A DNA stretch of 63,928 bases, the filler included, from Octopus bimaculoides (lineage: Eukaryota), in NCBI RefSeq assembly GCF_001194135.2. It is 6 parts of 6 records of this genome, joined end to end, with 100 filler letters (N's around TTAATTAATTAA, not from the genome) between each part and the next. Parts side by side here need not be neighbours in the genome. Positions count along the whole stretch, not along the records: positions 36,310 to 57,685 come from NC_068990.1; 5 more parts are not named here. The stretch is one strand, 5' to 3'. Within the stretch, counting starts at the first letter, position 1; every line of letters starts with the position of its first letter. Below the pieces are notes generated by a model that saw only the letters and a list, made by a program, of their open reading frames with translations, searched no databases and was not told where the DNA came from. The position numbers and the translations under genes are program-made. Positions 40,060 to 51,852 of this stretch are shown here, one piece after another.

Positions 40060-40560
40060 CTACTACACCAGGAATTTCTTTTCTAGTACTGTTACAGATG
40101 GGAACTGAGTGTGCCCTGGGAAGAATATATGGAGAAGGCTTATGAGAGGAAACTTGCCAAATACCAAGAAACTGGTGAAGCAAAGCAGAAACCAAAACTA
40201 GCAGATACATTACAAGGCAACTGAAATCATCTGGTGGTATTTTGTTAGAGTATTCATTCTGCAAAGCTCTGACTGGGCATGAAGTTACTTGTGCAGCAAA
40301 GGGGAAGGCTATAAATTCTGTCACTGAATTTGCAAAGAAGGCCATTAGGTGGTTTTGAATAATAAAAAAAAAGCAGACCAGTGGTTTTTATTACTGGGGA
40401 GCAAGCTGGATCTTGATCAGCCCCAGTTGAATCAATTGGACAAAGAGTCTGTTGTTGAAAGACCCAAAGCCCCTAAGACCCCCAGAAACATTACTACTGA
40501 GGCATCCCAGAGCATCAATGAGATTTGCCTTGAGACTAAATTCCAGGAACAGACCAGGTG
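40060..40560 (+). mobile_element. 3' fragment of a second HERO-like element
   Basis: ELSVPWEEYMEKAYERKLAKYQE REL motif. Its 3' UTR is homologous to 43240-43330. Confidence 0.7.
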
Positions 40561-40569
40561 ACAACCAAG

Positions 40570-43335
40570 ACTACTTTGGTGACAACCAGAAAGTTAGCTG
40601 ACAGTTCAGAAAGACAGCATTCAGGGCAAGTGAGACCAGCAACTTAACTTGCAAACTTTTTTCCTGCTACAGACAAACCTATGAAATACAACCTCAGGGG
40701 ATCCTGGGGCAAGATGGAGAAAAAGATTTGCAACAGTATGGATTTACAAAATTTGACCCACACAAAAAGAAAAAGGATGATGAACAGAGTCCAAAGAATG
40801 CAAAAATCAGCATGGCCTAAAAATCAATCAGGCCAGAATGATATGTCTGTCTGGACAACAAGAATCAGGTGTAACAAAAAGGATCACATTCTGGTGAGAT
40901 GCATGGCCAGGACTCACCCCAGTGTGCAAAGTTCCTCTGTGCCTGTACCTCCAAATCCATAGCAGAGTAGATCAGTTAATCAAATGGCCTCTGGAAAATA
41001 ACAAAGGCCAGAAGATGCATGCAGAATCCCACAGACAACACCTAAAGGGTATCACTGACAGCCAATTGGAAGCAATAACTACAATCATTGTTAGATATGT
41101 GTCAAAAGTTGTCAACTGGTGGAGATATGTTGTGGTTGTTTGGATTCCTTAGAAGGAGAATTCTAAGAGAATCAATCAGTTCAGGACCATCTCACTACTC
41201 AACATTGAAGACAAGATATTCTTCAGTATTGTGTCCCACTGGCTAACAAAGTTTCTCCTGGATGATTGATACAAAAAGGTGGGATTGTTGGAACACCTAA
41301 CAGCCTGGAGCATACAGGGACAATCAAACAGCTCTTAGGTGAAGAAAGGTAAAGATCTAGTAGTTCTATGTCTAAACTTCACAAATGCCTATGGACTTAT
41401 GCCATACAAGCTGATAGATGAGGTTCTTCAAAACACCAAGTCCTCAGTAAGATCAATAACCTCATTCGGGATTATTATCACAATTTCCAAATGAGAATCA
41501 CGTTTGGACCCACAGCATGAGAGTAGCACAGATCGGAAAAGGCTATCATAACTGACATTTCAGTAACCCTTCTCACTCTCTCCATGAACATGGTGGTCAA
41601 GTCAGCAGTGGTGAAGTGCCAAGGACCTTGGACAAAATCTGACACACAATAGCCTTCATGGATAACCTGACAGTAAGAACATCAACAGTTGTTGGTTGCA
41701 GGCAGATCTTCAAGTACTCAAGAAGCTTATCTCATGGACAAGGGTGAGCTGCAAACTATAGTTGCAAGTGGAACCTTCAAGGACTCTTGTACTGACAAAA
41801 GGGGAAGTGAGGAAAAGTTTCACTTCACTAAGTTTGACACTACCATCCCAACTCTGACAGAACAACCAGTCAAGCACTAGGGGAAACTCTTTAACAGTAG
41901 CCTGAAGGACAGTGGCTATTTGCTGAACCAGAAAAGACCTTCAGAACTGGCTTAGGAACATTGAGAAACCTGGACTGCCCAGTCACTTCAAAACTTGAGT
42001 ATACCAGTATGCCACGCTGCCCAGTATTTTGTGACCTGTCATTATACAATGCCAGTATGTTGTCTGTGGAAACCTTAGAGAAGAAAATCACCACTTTTTG
42101 AGGAGGTGGCTTAACTTACCAAGAAGCCTAGGTGGCATCTCTCTGTACAGCTTAACCAACATCTTATGACTCCTGTTCAGTGACCTCGCAGAAGAGTTTG
42201 TAGTGATCAGAACAAAAGAAACTATGAAGTACAGAAATTCCAAGGACACAAGAGTAGCAGGAGCTGGTATTAAAGTTAGCACAGGTAGAAAGTGGAGTGT
42301 TGCTAGATAGTTGCAGGGATAGGGGAATGGTTGAGGCAGTGGCAATAAGGCATTCAGGTCTAGGCTACTTACCATCCCAGCAGATTGGTAGCACCAAAGG
42401 AAAAGAGCAACAATACCTCCTCCAAGAAGTCCATACAGGCATAGAAGTACAAGCTAGCACGTTGGTGGGACTCAGCCAATGTGAAGGCTGAACAAAATGG
42501 GCCAACATATAGCAGGGGAGCATCACTTGGTCAGATCTCTGGTGGGCTAGCATCCAGTGCATCAGATTTCTGACCCAGGCTGTCTATGACACTTTATGAC
42601 GTCTAACAAATCTTTACAAATGTGTACTGAAAGAGGGTTGAATCAACATTTCTTCAGCAGCTGCCCAAGAGGCAATGGTTGCTATTACAGGTGACATAAC
42701 CAAGTATTTAAGGTGGTCGCAGAGGTGATATCAACAGCCATTTAGTCCAGTAAGTACTAACCCAGGAAAGAGGGCATCACTTTTCTCAGAGCTGGAGAGA
42801 AGCTCCATTCACTGAAATATCAATGACTATGCCTACATTTCATGTCTCCGAACTTACAGTTGAGAGTGGATTTCGTAGAACAGTTTCTAGATCATATATC
42901 AGCAGCACTCCACCCAGACAGTGATCTTCTGAAATCCACAAAACAGGTAAACATGTGAGAACAATTGTACCCTGGGAAAAACATATGGCAGAAGTTCATG
43001 AGAGGAAGTTTCCCAAATATTAGGATCTGCGAAAACGGCACAAGTACATTGTGAGACAATTTAAGTGGATTGTTGAGGTTTTCTCGATAGTTTGTTCTGC
43101 AAAGTTATTGGTGTAGCAAAGAGTAGGGTCATAAATCCCATCACTGAAGCTACAGGAAAGGCTAGTATGTGGCTTTGGTTAAAGAGAAGAGACCTGTTGT
43201 TTGCTGCTACTGGGATGCAACCCCAGCTGTATCAATTGGAAAAGGGGGTCTGATTTTGAAAGACTCAAAACTCCCTAAAACCCTCAGAAACATTACTGAT
43301 AATGCATTCCAGAGCATATGTCAGATGTATCCAAG
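40570..43335 (+). mobile_element. HERO-like (REL-endonuclease) non-LTR retrotransposon, degraded
   Basis: RT segment QFRTISLLNIEDKIFFSIV...QKGGIVG...NAYGLMPYKL, followed by decayed downstream domains and a 3' UTR (gaaagactcaaaactccctaaaaccc). Many stops and deletions. Confidence 0.75.
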
Positions 43336-43624
43336 AGTTTTTATATATGTATATATATATATAATGCAAGCCATCAAGCTATTCCACTTTAATATGTACA
43401 CATATTAAGATTCAGTGAAGTTTAATTGGAAGATAATAAAAATAATGAACTGTGTAAATGTTTAGTCCTTTTCTATTTCATTTCATTAGGAAATTTTTGA
43501 ATTTATATTATCTAGTTAGCTCTTAAATGATTATATATACACACACAAGTATATATATCCTATATATAGATAGATAGATGTATATAAAATACATACACAC
43601 ACACATGTAACAAAGGTGGTCACC

Positions 43625-44158
43625 ATTATATATACATATATATATATCATATATATGTATACATATATCTTTACATATATATATATGCATACATATATAT
43701 ATGCATACATATATATATACATACATATACATATATACATACGTATATATATATGCATACATATATATATACATACATATACATATATACATACGTATAT
43801 ATATAGACATACATATATATATACATACACACATATATATATACATATATATACATACATATATATACACATATATATACATACATATGTATGTATATAC
43901 ATGTATGTATATACATACATGTATGTATATACATACATGTATATATATATATATATATACACATACATATATATACATAAATATACATACATATATNNNN
44001 NNNNNNNNNNNNNNNNNNNNNNNNNNNNNNNNNNNNNNNNNNNNNNNNNNNNNNNNNNNNNNNNNNNNNNNNNNNNNNNNNNNNNNNNNNNNNNNNNNNN
44101 NNNNNNNNNNNNNNNNNNNNNNNNNNNNNNNNNNNNNNNNNNNNNNNNNNNNNNNNNN

Positions 44159-44195
<37 letters not shown>
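43625..44195. repeat. Compound (TA)n/(TACA)n microsatellite around a gap
   Basis: Representative of many similar tracts (1-170, 10570-11035, 17380-17510, 18840-19210, 27430-27530, 60025-60400). Confidence 0.95.
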
Positions 44196-44196
<1 letters not shown>

Positions 44197-44348
44197 GTAA
44201 AATACATATATATATAAAATATATGTATGTGTTTGACTTTATCTTTTGCTATCTGAATGGCGATTGTTATGAATGTACTTTCAATTAAATTTTTATTGAA
44301 TTGAAAATTGTCCTTGAAAATCAGAAATATATATATTATTTTTCTTAC

Positions 44349-44454
44349 CGTGTTTATCACGTTGAGCAACATCATGTGTTTTTAAAAGCTCCACGACACG
44401 AGGAAAATCGTTTTTAAAAACACTTGCGTGTAGCAAGTATTCCTCTTCGGCCAT
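44349..44454 (-). CDS. ANKRD13C: First coding exon of ankyrin repeat domain-containing protein 13C orthologue
   Basis: Minus strand ATG at 44454 reads MAEEEYLLHASVFKNDFPRVVELLKTHDVAQRDKH-G (106 nt, phase 1), followed by donor gtaag. Resembles the ANKRD13C N-terminus as recalled (YPVHECVFKGDVRRLSSLIRTHNIGQKDNHG), ending just before the ankyrin GNTPLH motif. Not in the ORF track because it is spliced. Confidence 0.82.
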
Positions 44455-44620
44455 ATTTGTTTTGAGGCACGGGAGAATTCTTTTACGAGATTTGACAATA
44501 CCTTAGTAGTAACATGTAAGGGAGAAATCATTGTAATAACTCTGGATACGTTACGAGTGAGTGAGACAAATACAGAACTTCAGCCGGACTATCTACCAGA
44601 TATCTTGACCCTATGTAAAA
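44445..44620 (-). promoter_or_regulatory. Probable ANKRD13C 5' UTR/promoter
   Basis: Locally CpG-enriched unique sequence. YY1-like motif AATATGGCCG overlaps the start codon. No polypyrimidine acceptor directly upstream of the exon. Confidence 0.4.
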
Positions 44621-45424
44621 AATTTTTTGAGATAAAATAATAATAAATTACACCATTGCACGATCATAAAATTTTAGTTTAATGATATTTTCTGGTACAT
44701 TTTTATTTTATCTGTCGTGAAGTAATGCCATATTTGTATCAGATATTAAGAATAATAATGATTTAGAAATCGATAGCATTATCTTGAAACGAGAGCAACA
44801 TAAATACAAAATATTAAATTGACGAACGTTTTTCAAGTGTACCTGTAAGGACCTAACCCGCTGTGATGTCGGTGTTACCCAGTGCAGTAACGGTGGTGTC
44901 ATTCTTCATGAACTTCCTCCCATACAATTCAAAACAGAAGTTTTGGTAAATTTTTCTTTGTACAAATTCGAAATTCCTGTGTCTCAATGTAATGACATAA
45001 ACAGTTAGAGAAATTAAAATTACACATTTAAATCAATATCATCTACACAGGCGTAGACAGGTCCAGAGATTGTCTTCACAGACAAGACAGGTCCACACAC
45101 ACACACTCAGACACATAATCGGTGTACATGTTTCTTTAATACACGAGTATGTTTGATTATTGTTTATATTTTATGTATGGTATATGCCACGTCCATTGTA
45201 TGTATGTAGTATTTCCATGAAATTCGAATGGAGGATTTGGGGAATGTTTTATGATCCTCTCTGGCCCTCTAATCGGCTGAATCTGGTGGATGTGAGTCAG
45301 TTTACATTGTTCTTTCTAGGAAATATGCCACCATTTCGAGTATGTATTTGGAGTTTGTTTTCTTCTTTTTCTTTGTGTGTGTGTGCGCGCGCGCGCACGT
45401 ACATGGATGTATTCATTCATTCCA

Positions 45425-46835
45425 TGTTTTATTTTTCGAATTTCTTACTAACTGAGAAAGAACCAATTTCTTGTCTGGAAACAAGGCTCTCTCATTGGAA
45501 TTTAGACTGCTCCAACGGGGTAGTTTTATATTTATTTACGTATACATATACATAAATATGTGTACAAGTACACGTGGGTGTAGGAATGTATATCACTGTA
45601 TATGTCATGCTAAACTTTTTTAACGTTTTACAGATTTTGACAGTGCCTTTGATAACTTGTAACTGTAATTTCTTGATTAGGCATATTCGTTCTGGTTTTG
45701 TGAAATCCTGCTTCTCAAGAATGCTACTGAGATATTTGTCACGTAACCAAGTGCAACAATAATTAAAGTTAGAAATCTGAAGTAATATATAGTATCCAGA
45801 TAGAGTGACTGTAGATTTCTCCACAATTCAACACAGATGTCTTCTTTTTCACTGATCTTTTTTACTTTATGTTAACATCTGCTGGACAACTGATTTCAGC
45901 TGCAGTGTATAATTTTTTTCTTTGTTCCAGATCATTATATATGGTCTGTTCCATCAGTATTCTTTCATATGTATTGTTACTATGCTCTCCACGTCACTGT
46001 AACTTCTTATATTTATATACCCCAGGATTATTCTTTTTACATGATATAATGTTATTACGATATCATGTCTGATAGGTAATACCGTGGTGACATTTTTGTA
46101 CAGCTACTTATATGAGGATGATATGCTCAGTGTCAGTTCCACAGAGCCTACATCAGGTAGGGCATTTTTACTTACATCCCTTTCCTTTCTGCTCATCAGG
46201 TATTTTGTGATTGTTTTCAACCCCGTATTACTAAAGCATACCCCTCCAAAGTGAGAGCTGATATCCTGGTTTAGTCCAAGATAGACTACTCTGGTTATCA
46301 GTGTTGCTGTCACTGAAGCCATCTGGGACTATAACCATACATGACCGTTTGCTAATATGTATAAAGTTCTGCGACTTCTTAAGTGTATATCCCTAGTCAT
46401 CAATCAGAAAATACTTTCTGAAAAGCCTTTCCAATTCTCATGATGTTATCACCCTCATATCTGCAAACCTAATCCACGGCTGGGCTTCGACATTTGGTGG
46501 TTAGTAGATGTCAAAGGAACGACGTTGAAAGGTTGTTTGAATTGCTGTTAAGCCTTAGCCACTTTGTTTTTGCTAAAGGAGAGGCAAGCTACATTACTGT
46601 TGATGTGGGATTTTTTTGCACTGGTTAACAGTTTTCAGATTTTAACATCAATGTCCCAGATCTTATGTACCATGGAATCGATTTCTGGTACAACAAACAC
46701 ATTGTGTGCAGAAAGTTCCGAAGTTCATAGTTCTTCTATCCCTTGTTTTGTGTTCTTTGCTATGGGTTTCTTTGAAGCAAATATTCTCATCCATACCTTA
46801 GTACCTATAGCATTCCGGATACGATATCAGAGAAA
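45425..46835 (-). mobile_element. R4/Dong-like non-LTR retrotransposon 3' portion, decayed
   Basis: Across frameshifts: CRLCG..., SSCTKMSPRYYLPIRHDIV (CCHC knuckle), EISCPADVNI, LWRNLQSLY, IIVALGYV, LQVIKGTVKICK. Confidence 0.75.
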
Positions 46836-47988
46836 TAATGTTGTGAGTGTGTGTGAGAGAGAAAGAGAGACTGTGTGTTTATATGTTTACCTGAGTCCGT
46901 CGCCAAGGAAGGGGTACGGGATGATACTCTCCACCACCCCCACTACTTTTCAAAGTTGTACCTTCAGATTTAGAAAATACATTTTATAAGAAATTTCTTA
47001 AAATACACTTCTTGAAGTCTTAATTTTACTCACTTTTTTGCTCAAACTAGAACAAAGAACAAATATAAATATTAAAATGACCAACAAAAAGATCGGAAGA
47101 GCNNNNNNNNNNNNNNNNNNNNNNNNNNNNNNNNNNNNNNNNNNNNNNNNNNNNNNNNNNNNNNNNNNNNNNNNNNNNNNNNNNNNNNNNNNNNNNNNNN
47201 NNNNNNNNNNNNNNNNNNNNNNNNNNNNNNNNNNNNNNNNNNNNNNNNNNNNNNNNNNNNNNNNNNNNNNNNNNNNNNNNNNNNNNNNNNNNNNNNNNNN
47301 NNNNNNNNNNNNNNNNNNNNNNNNNNNNNNNNNNNNNNNNNNNNNNNNNNNNNNNNNNNNNNNNNNNNNNNNNNNNNNNNNNNNNNNNNNNNNNNNNNNN
47401 NNNNNNNNNNNNNNNNNNNNNNNNNNNNNNNNNNNNNNNNNNNNNNNNNNNNNNNNNNNNNNNNNNNNNNNNNNNNNNNNNNNNNNNNNNNNNNNNNNNN
47501 NNNNNNNNNNNNNNNNNNNNNNNNNNNNNNNNNNNNNNNNNNNNNNNNNNNNNNNNNNNNNNNNNNNNNNNNNNNNNNNNNNNNNNNNNNNNNNNNNNNN
47601 NNNNNNNNNNNNNNNNNNNNNNNNNNNNNNNNNNNNNNNNNNNNNNNNNNNNNNNNNNNNNNNNNNNNNNNNNNNNNNNNNNNNNNNNNNNNNNNNNNNN
47701 NNNNNNNNNNNNNNNNNNNNNNNNNNNNNNNNNNNNNNNNNNNNNNNNNNNNNNNNNNNNNNNNNNNNNNNNNNNNNNNNNNNNNNNNNNNNNNNNNNNN
47801 NNNNNNNNNNNNNNNNNNNNNNNNNNNNNNNTTCACTTATTCTTCATATGGTGTAGATTCCAGTTATATTGAAACTGTTTGGGAAAAAATTTTCCAAAGA
47901 GTGGGGAGAAAAGTTTCGAAAAATTCCCATATCGGCTTTGTTTCTTTTTTCACAAAATTTTCTACATATATATTTAAGATAGTGTAGA

Positions 47989-48086
47989 GGCAGAGATAAA
48001 GAATGCACACACCACCTGTTATCAGCATAACCCTAGACCCTAACCCTAACCCTAAACACCAGATATGCGTATTCTTTATCTTCGCC
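47989..48086. mobile_element. 98-bp MITE with internal (CCCTAA)n
   Basis: About 20-bp imperfect TIR (GGCAGAGATAAAGAAT / ATTCTTTATCTTCGCC). 8-bp TSD AGTGTAG(A/G), consistent with Merlin or hAT. Confidence 0.7.
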
Positions 48087-48580
48087 AGTGTAGGTTTTGA
48101 TTATATAGGAATTTGTTGGGGGCAAAAAATGCAGTAAAATAATGAAAGAAATATGTAATCAATCTACTCACCTTTCTGCAAAGATTTCTTTCAGAGAAAT
48201 TTCCTGGGATAAAATGAGGTTATAGGAAAGTGGGTTATACATCATTAGATGTATACCTAACTTTCCTATATAAAATTAAGAATTAACGGAACGCTGAACT
48301 CCAGACTATCAACACAAACAACATTTATTTAAGGTGGTTAATATATACATATTTAGCTCTGTTTGGTGTGACATCTTCTGTATGTGTGAGCATGGTGTTG
48401 GGACGTTGGTATGTAGATGTGAGCGAGCTGTCCAGCGTAAGTTTGAAAGATGGAGAGAGACAGCTAAACACGTCCTTGCTCAATCGCTGGCCAGCAAGAA
48501 AGAAACAGATCAAAGCGGGAAAGCTTGGTTTTTGAATTCCACGCATGCGTGAGACTACGCATGCGCACAGCGTTACTACA

Positions 48581-48590
48581 GGGCTCCCTT
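48581..48590 (-). promoter_or_regulatory. Polypurine tract
   Basis: AAGGGAGCCC immediately before the 3' LTR start TGTAG. Confidence 0.65.
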
Positions 48591-50015
48591 GCCAGTGCGG
48601 AACGCACGATAATATGAAATCTGTTGGAACGCCTGAGGCAGGATGGCCACTGAAAACCACCCACAAGATGTAGCACAAACACACACAAAGAAAAATGAAA
48701 GAAATGAAATGTACACTCGTGTGATACATGCATGCAATGTACAAATTGAAGGAATGAAAGAAAAACATGCAATATGGGCAGTAAATGCCACCTAGTAAAA
48801 AACAAATGAGACAATGAGAAAACAAATCGTGATGACTACTGTCCAGGAACTGGAATCACGGAATGTGAAAGTCTGAGTGTTTGTTTTTACTGAAAGGAAA
48901 GAAAATGTATGAGAGCACAAGTGTGTGTGTGAGAAAAAAACACAACATATTAAAGTGTCTGTAGAGACAAAAATCCAGTTCATATAAGAGCCACACAAGT
49001 TGATTTAGAATGTCTGTACTCAGGAAGTCGTGGTCAGTTGAGCGTCGGATGCTAGTTGTGACCGGTTACCTGGTACGGAATATTCAAGTCGGCTAGCTCC
49101 GACTGCTGTGCGTGAGTGGACAAACTCCACTCCACAGTGAAGACAAAACCGAGTGTGTTAATCTGGTGTGTCCCTGGTGGTGGGGTTGTTGGCGCACGAC
49201 ATTGTGGTAGACAGTACATTGATGGTGAAGACGTCGGCGCAGGAACTGTAATATAGCTGTGTTCTGTATGTGTGGTGGTAATGATGTTGACAGTGGTAAT
49301 GATGTCCTGTTGAAACTTGGCGACGTCGGGGGAATGCTTGTAGTTGGTAGTAGTAGTAGTTGTCGTCACGGTGGTAATCTTGGTTGAACGAAGCTGGTGG
49401 CAAAAAGGTCGCTCGGTGATGATGGTGTTTGAAGAGGTGCGCTTTTACAGANNNNNNNNNNNNNNNNNNNNNNNNNNNNNNNNNNNNNNNNNNNNNNNNN
49501 NNNNNNNNNNNNNNNNNNNNNNNNNNNNNNNNNNNNNTATACTACGATAACATAAATAGCCAGTAATGAGACGATAGAAAAAACAACCGTATGAAATGAA
49601 TAACAAGAGATATTTAGTGTGGCATAAAAGATGTATGTGTATGTGAGAGTGTGAATGCGACATATAAGAACATAATAAAAGACAGGCCGTCTATATGTAT
49701 GTGAGATATCACAGCAGATAGAAAGTCAGTACACGTGAGAGTTTTATATCAAGTTCTTGAGTACACAATTGGAAGTATCGCAGGCTGTAATTCTTGTCTG
49801 TTTATTATCGTGGTGAAGCTAAGTCACCTAACAGAATCGAAGAGAGAGATTTGCCGCGGTGGTTTAGTTCGGTGTACGTAGTAAGTCGTGTTGACTATGG
49901 TTGGAGATGGTGGTCATCATTGCTTGGTAGTTCAGTCTCCATGGCCGCATTTGTTCTTTAGTCGGGTACACCGGTTATAGGTTGGTAGTCCAGAATCCAT
50001 GCTGCGTTTTTTCTT

Positions 50016-50029
50016 CGTCGGGATCACCA
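50016..50029 (-). promoter_or_regulatory. Primer binding site, tRNA-Trp
   Basis: TGGTGATCCCGACG, 3 nt from the 5' LTR. Matches 13/14 of the complement of the eukaryotic tRNA-Trp 3' end (TGGTGACCCCGACG); the mismatch is a G.U pair. Confidence 0.8.
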
Positions 50030-50897
50030 CTTTATAGGAAAGTGGGTTATACATCATTAGATGTATACCTGACTTTCCTATATAAAATTAAGAATTAACA
50101 GAACACTGAACTCCAGACTATCAACACAAACAACATTTATTTAAGGTGGTTAATATATACATCTTTAGCTCTGTTTGGTGTGACGTCTTCTGTGTGTGTG
50201 AGCATAGTGTTGGGATGTTGGTATGTAGATGTGAGCGAGCTGTCTAGCGTAAGTTCGAAAGATGGAGAGAGACAGCTAAACACGTCCTTGCTCAATCGCT
50301 GGCCAGCAAGAAAGAGACATATCAAAGCGGGAAAGCTTGGTTGTTGAATTCCACGCATGCGTGAGACTACGCATGCGCACAGCGTTACTACAAGGTATAC
50401 TATGACAGAAAGTGAATTAAAAGTGTTCATTCTTTTTTTACGACTGAAAGTGTTTTTTCTACAAAACAAAACTTGAAATTTACAAAAAATGCGAGTCATT
50501 ATGTTTGTGTATGTACACGCATTTGTGTGAGTTCAAAATCTATATTGCTCAAAAATGTGAAAATAAGAAAAGTGAGAATAATATCCAAGAAATTTCATGT
50601 TAAACCGTTCCCCACAGAATGCACAGTAGAATTCCTCTCATCCTGGACTTCAATATTTATTGAAAATGTGTACCCCACTTCATGAAGTGTAAATCAGTTT
50701 GCCCTGGAGAGAATTATGGACCGTCTAAAGACGAATGGCATTATTGCCAAAAAGAAATCTTGAAATGCCGATTTTTGCCACTTTTTTTCAGATTCGGAAT
50801 CTCCTTAGCCAAAAACGTGGGTTTCTGTATAAAGCAAAAAAGAAGCAGAAATGTATGTGGTGACAGTTCACCATATCTGCCACCCATTGTATAAAAA

Positions 50898-51335
50898 CAG
50901 GGTGTGTAAGGTATTTGAGGACATACCTTTTTGGGTCATTGCTGCATTTTTTGCTAACTCTGTATAATCTTTGTTTCAGAAGATAATAATGGCAGACCCT
51001 CAGCTTACTCAAGAAATGAAGAGGCATGCTATTACTGCGGTTATAAAGGCTGAGCATTGCAATTTAGGAATATCTCGATTTTTAAAAGTTGCTAGATCTT
51101 CCATCTACAAAGTTTGTAAAGAGCTAGAGACTGAAGATGGAAAGTATCACCAGTATCAAAACATAAAAAGCATTCTAAATGTTCTGAAATCATCAGAACA
51201 CTTGAATTTATCCAGCAAGTTCAACAGACCATTGATTACAATCCTAGAAAGTCTATGAGGCCAATTGCAAAAGATCTTCATGTGTCAGAAGGAACAGTCA
51301 GAAATGTTGTCCACGAAGACATCAGATTTAAGTCT
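50898..51335 (+). mobile_element. Tc1/mariner 5' fragment
   Basis: CAGGGTG start; MADPQLTQEMKRHAI...SMRPIAKDLHVSEGTVRNVVHEDIRFKS HTH region. Confidence 0.75.
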
Positions 51336-51790
51336 TCTCCTAACTTGTGTATCTTTCTTTCTCTCCATTGTAGCTGGATAAAGGAAGATATGTTCTTGTC
51401 TGTCTCCTGTCCAAGCTTGATTTACGCTTTTGCCACCACAACTTCATTTAGGCTTAGCAGCCCTTCCTGTTTGTTTTCACTGTCCTGTTTGTGTTACCAA
51501 TTTTGACCCTCTGCAAAATCCCAAATTTTATTTAATTTGCTTTGCGGGAGCAACTGTTTTATCGAAAGTATATATTGTTGTTAAATGCTCAAAATACAAG
51601 AGTAGAAAAACAGCCAACAACTGATGAAGCGTCGTTCTTCATGTTGTTTGTTTTGTTTTCCATTTGTTTCTTTCATTGTTCAAAAAAATAGTTCATATTT
51701 CCACGTACTCGTACTTCGTATCTTTTGTTGTACATGTTTCATGACATCCTGTGCCCACATATGCACATATATATATGTATAGATGTAAGT
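51335..51790 (+). repeat. Penelope-like terminal repeat, copy 1
   Basis: About 80% similar to 53195-53610; pyrimidine-rich; ends tgtacatgtttc..gacatcctgtgccc plus (TA)n. Confidence 0.55.
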
Positions 51791-51815
51791 ATGTACATAT
51801 ACGTATGAATATATG

Positions 51816-51852
<37 letters not shown>

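Larger units (their letters stand above)
48221..50392 (-). mobile_element. LTR retrotransposon (Gypsy-like), apparently non-autonomous
   Basis: 360-bp LTRs at 48221-48580 and 50033-50392 differ at about 13 of 360 positions. 4-bp TSD AGGT (48217-20 and 50393-96). Termini TG...TA. PBS and PPT present. No RT/integrase motifs recognised in the 1.45-kb interior, which contains a small gap. Confidence 0.92.

Noticed and set aside
45634-46156. Plus-strand exon-like cassettes (e.g. YLYEDDMLSVSSTEPTS at 46104-46156)
   Set aside because: They lie within the antisense strand of the R4/Dong LINE remnant and do not chain into a coherent protein.
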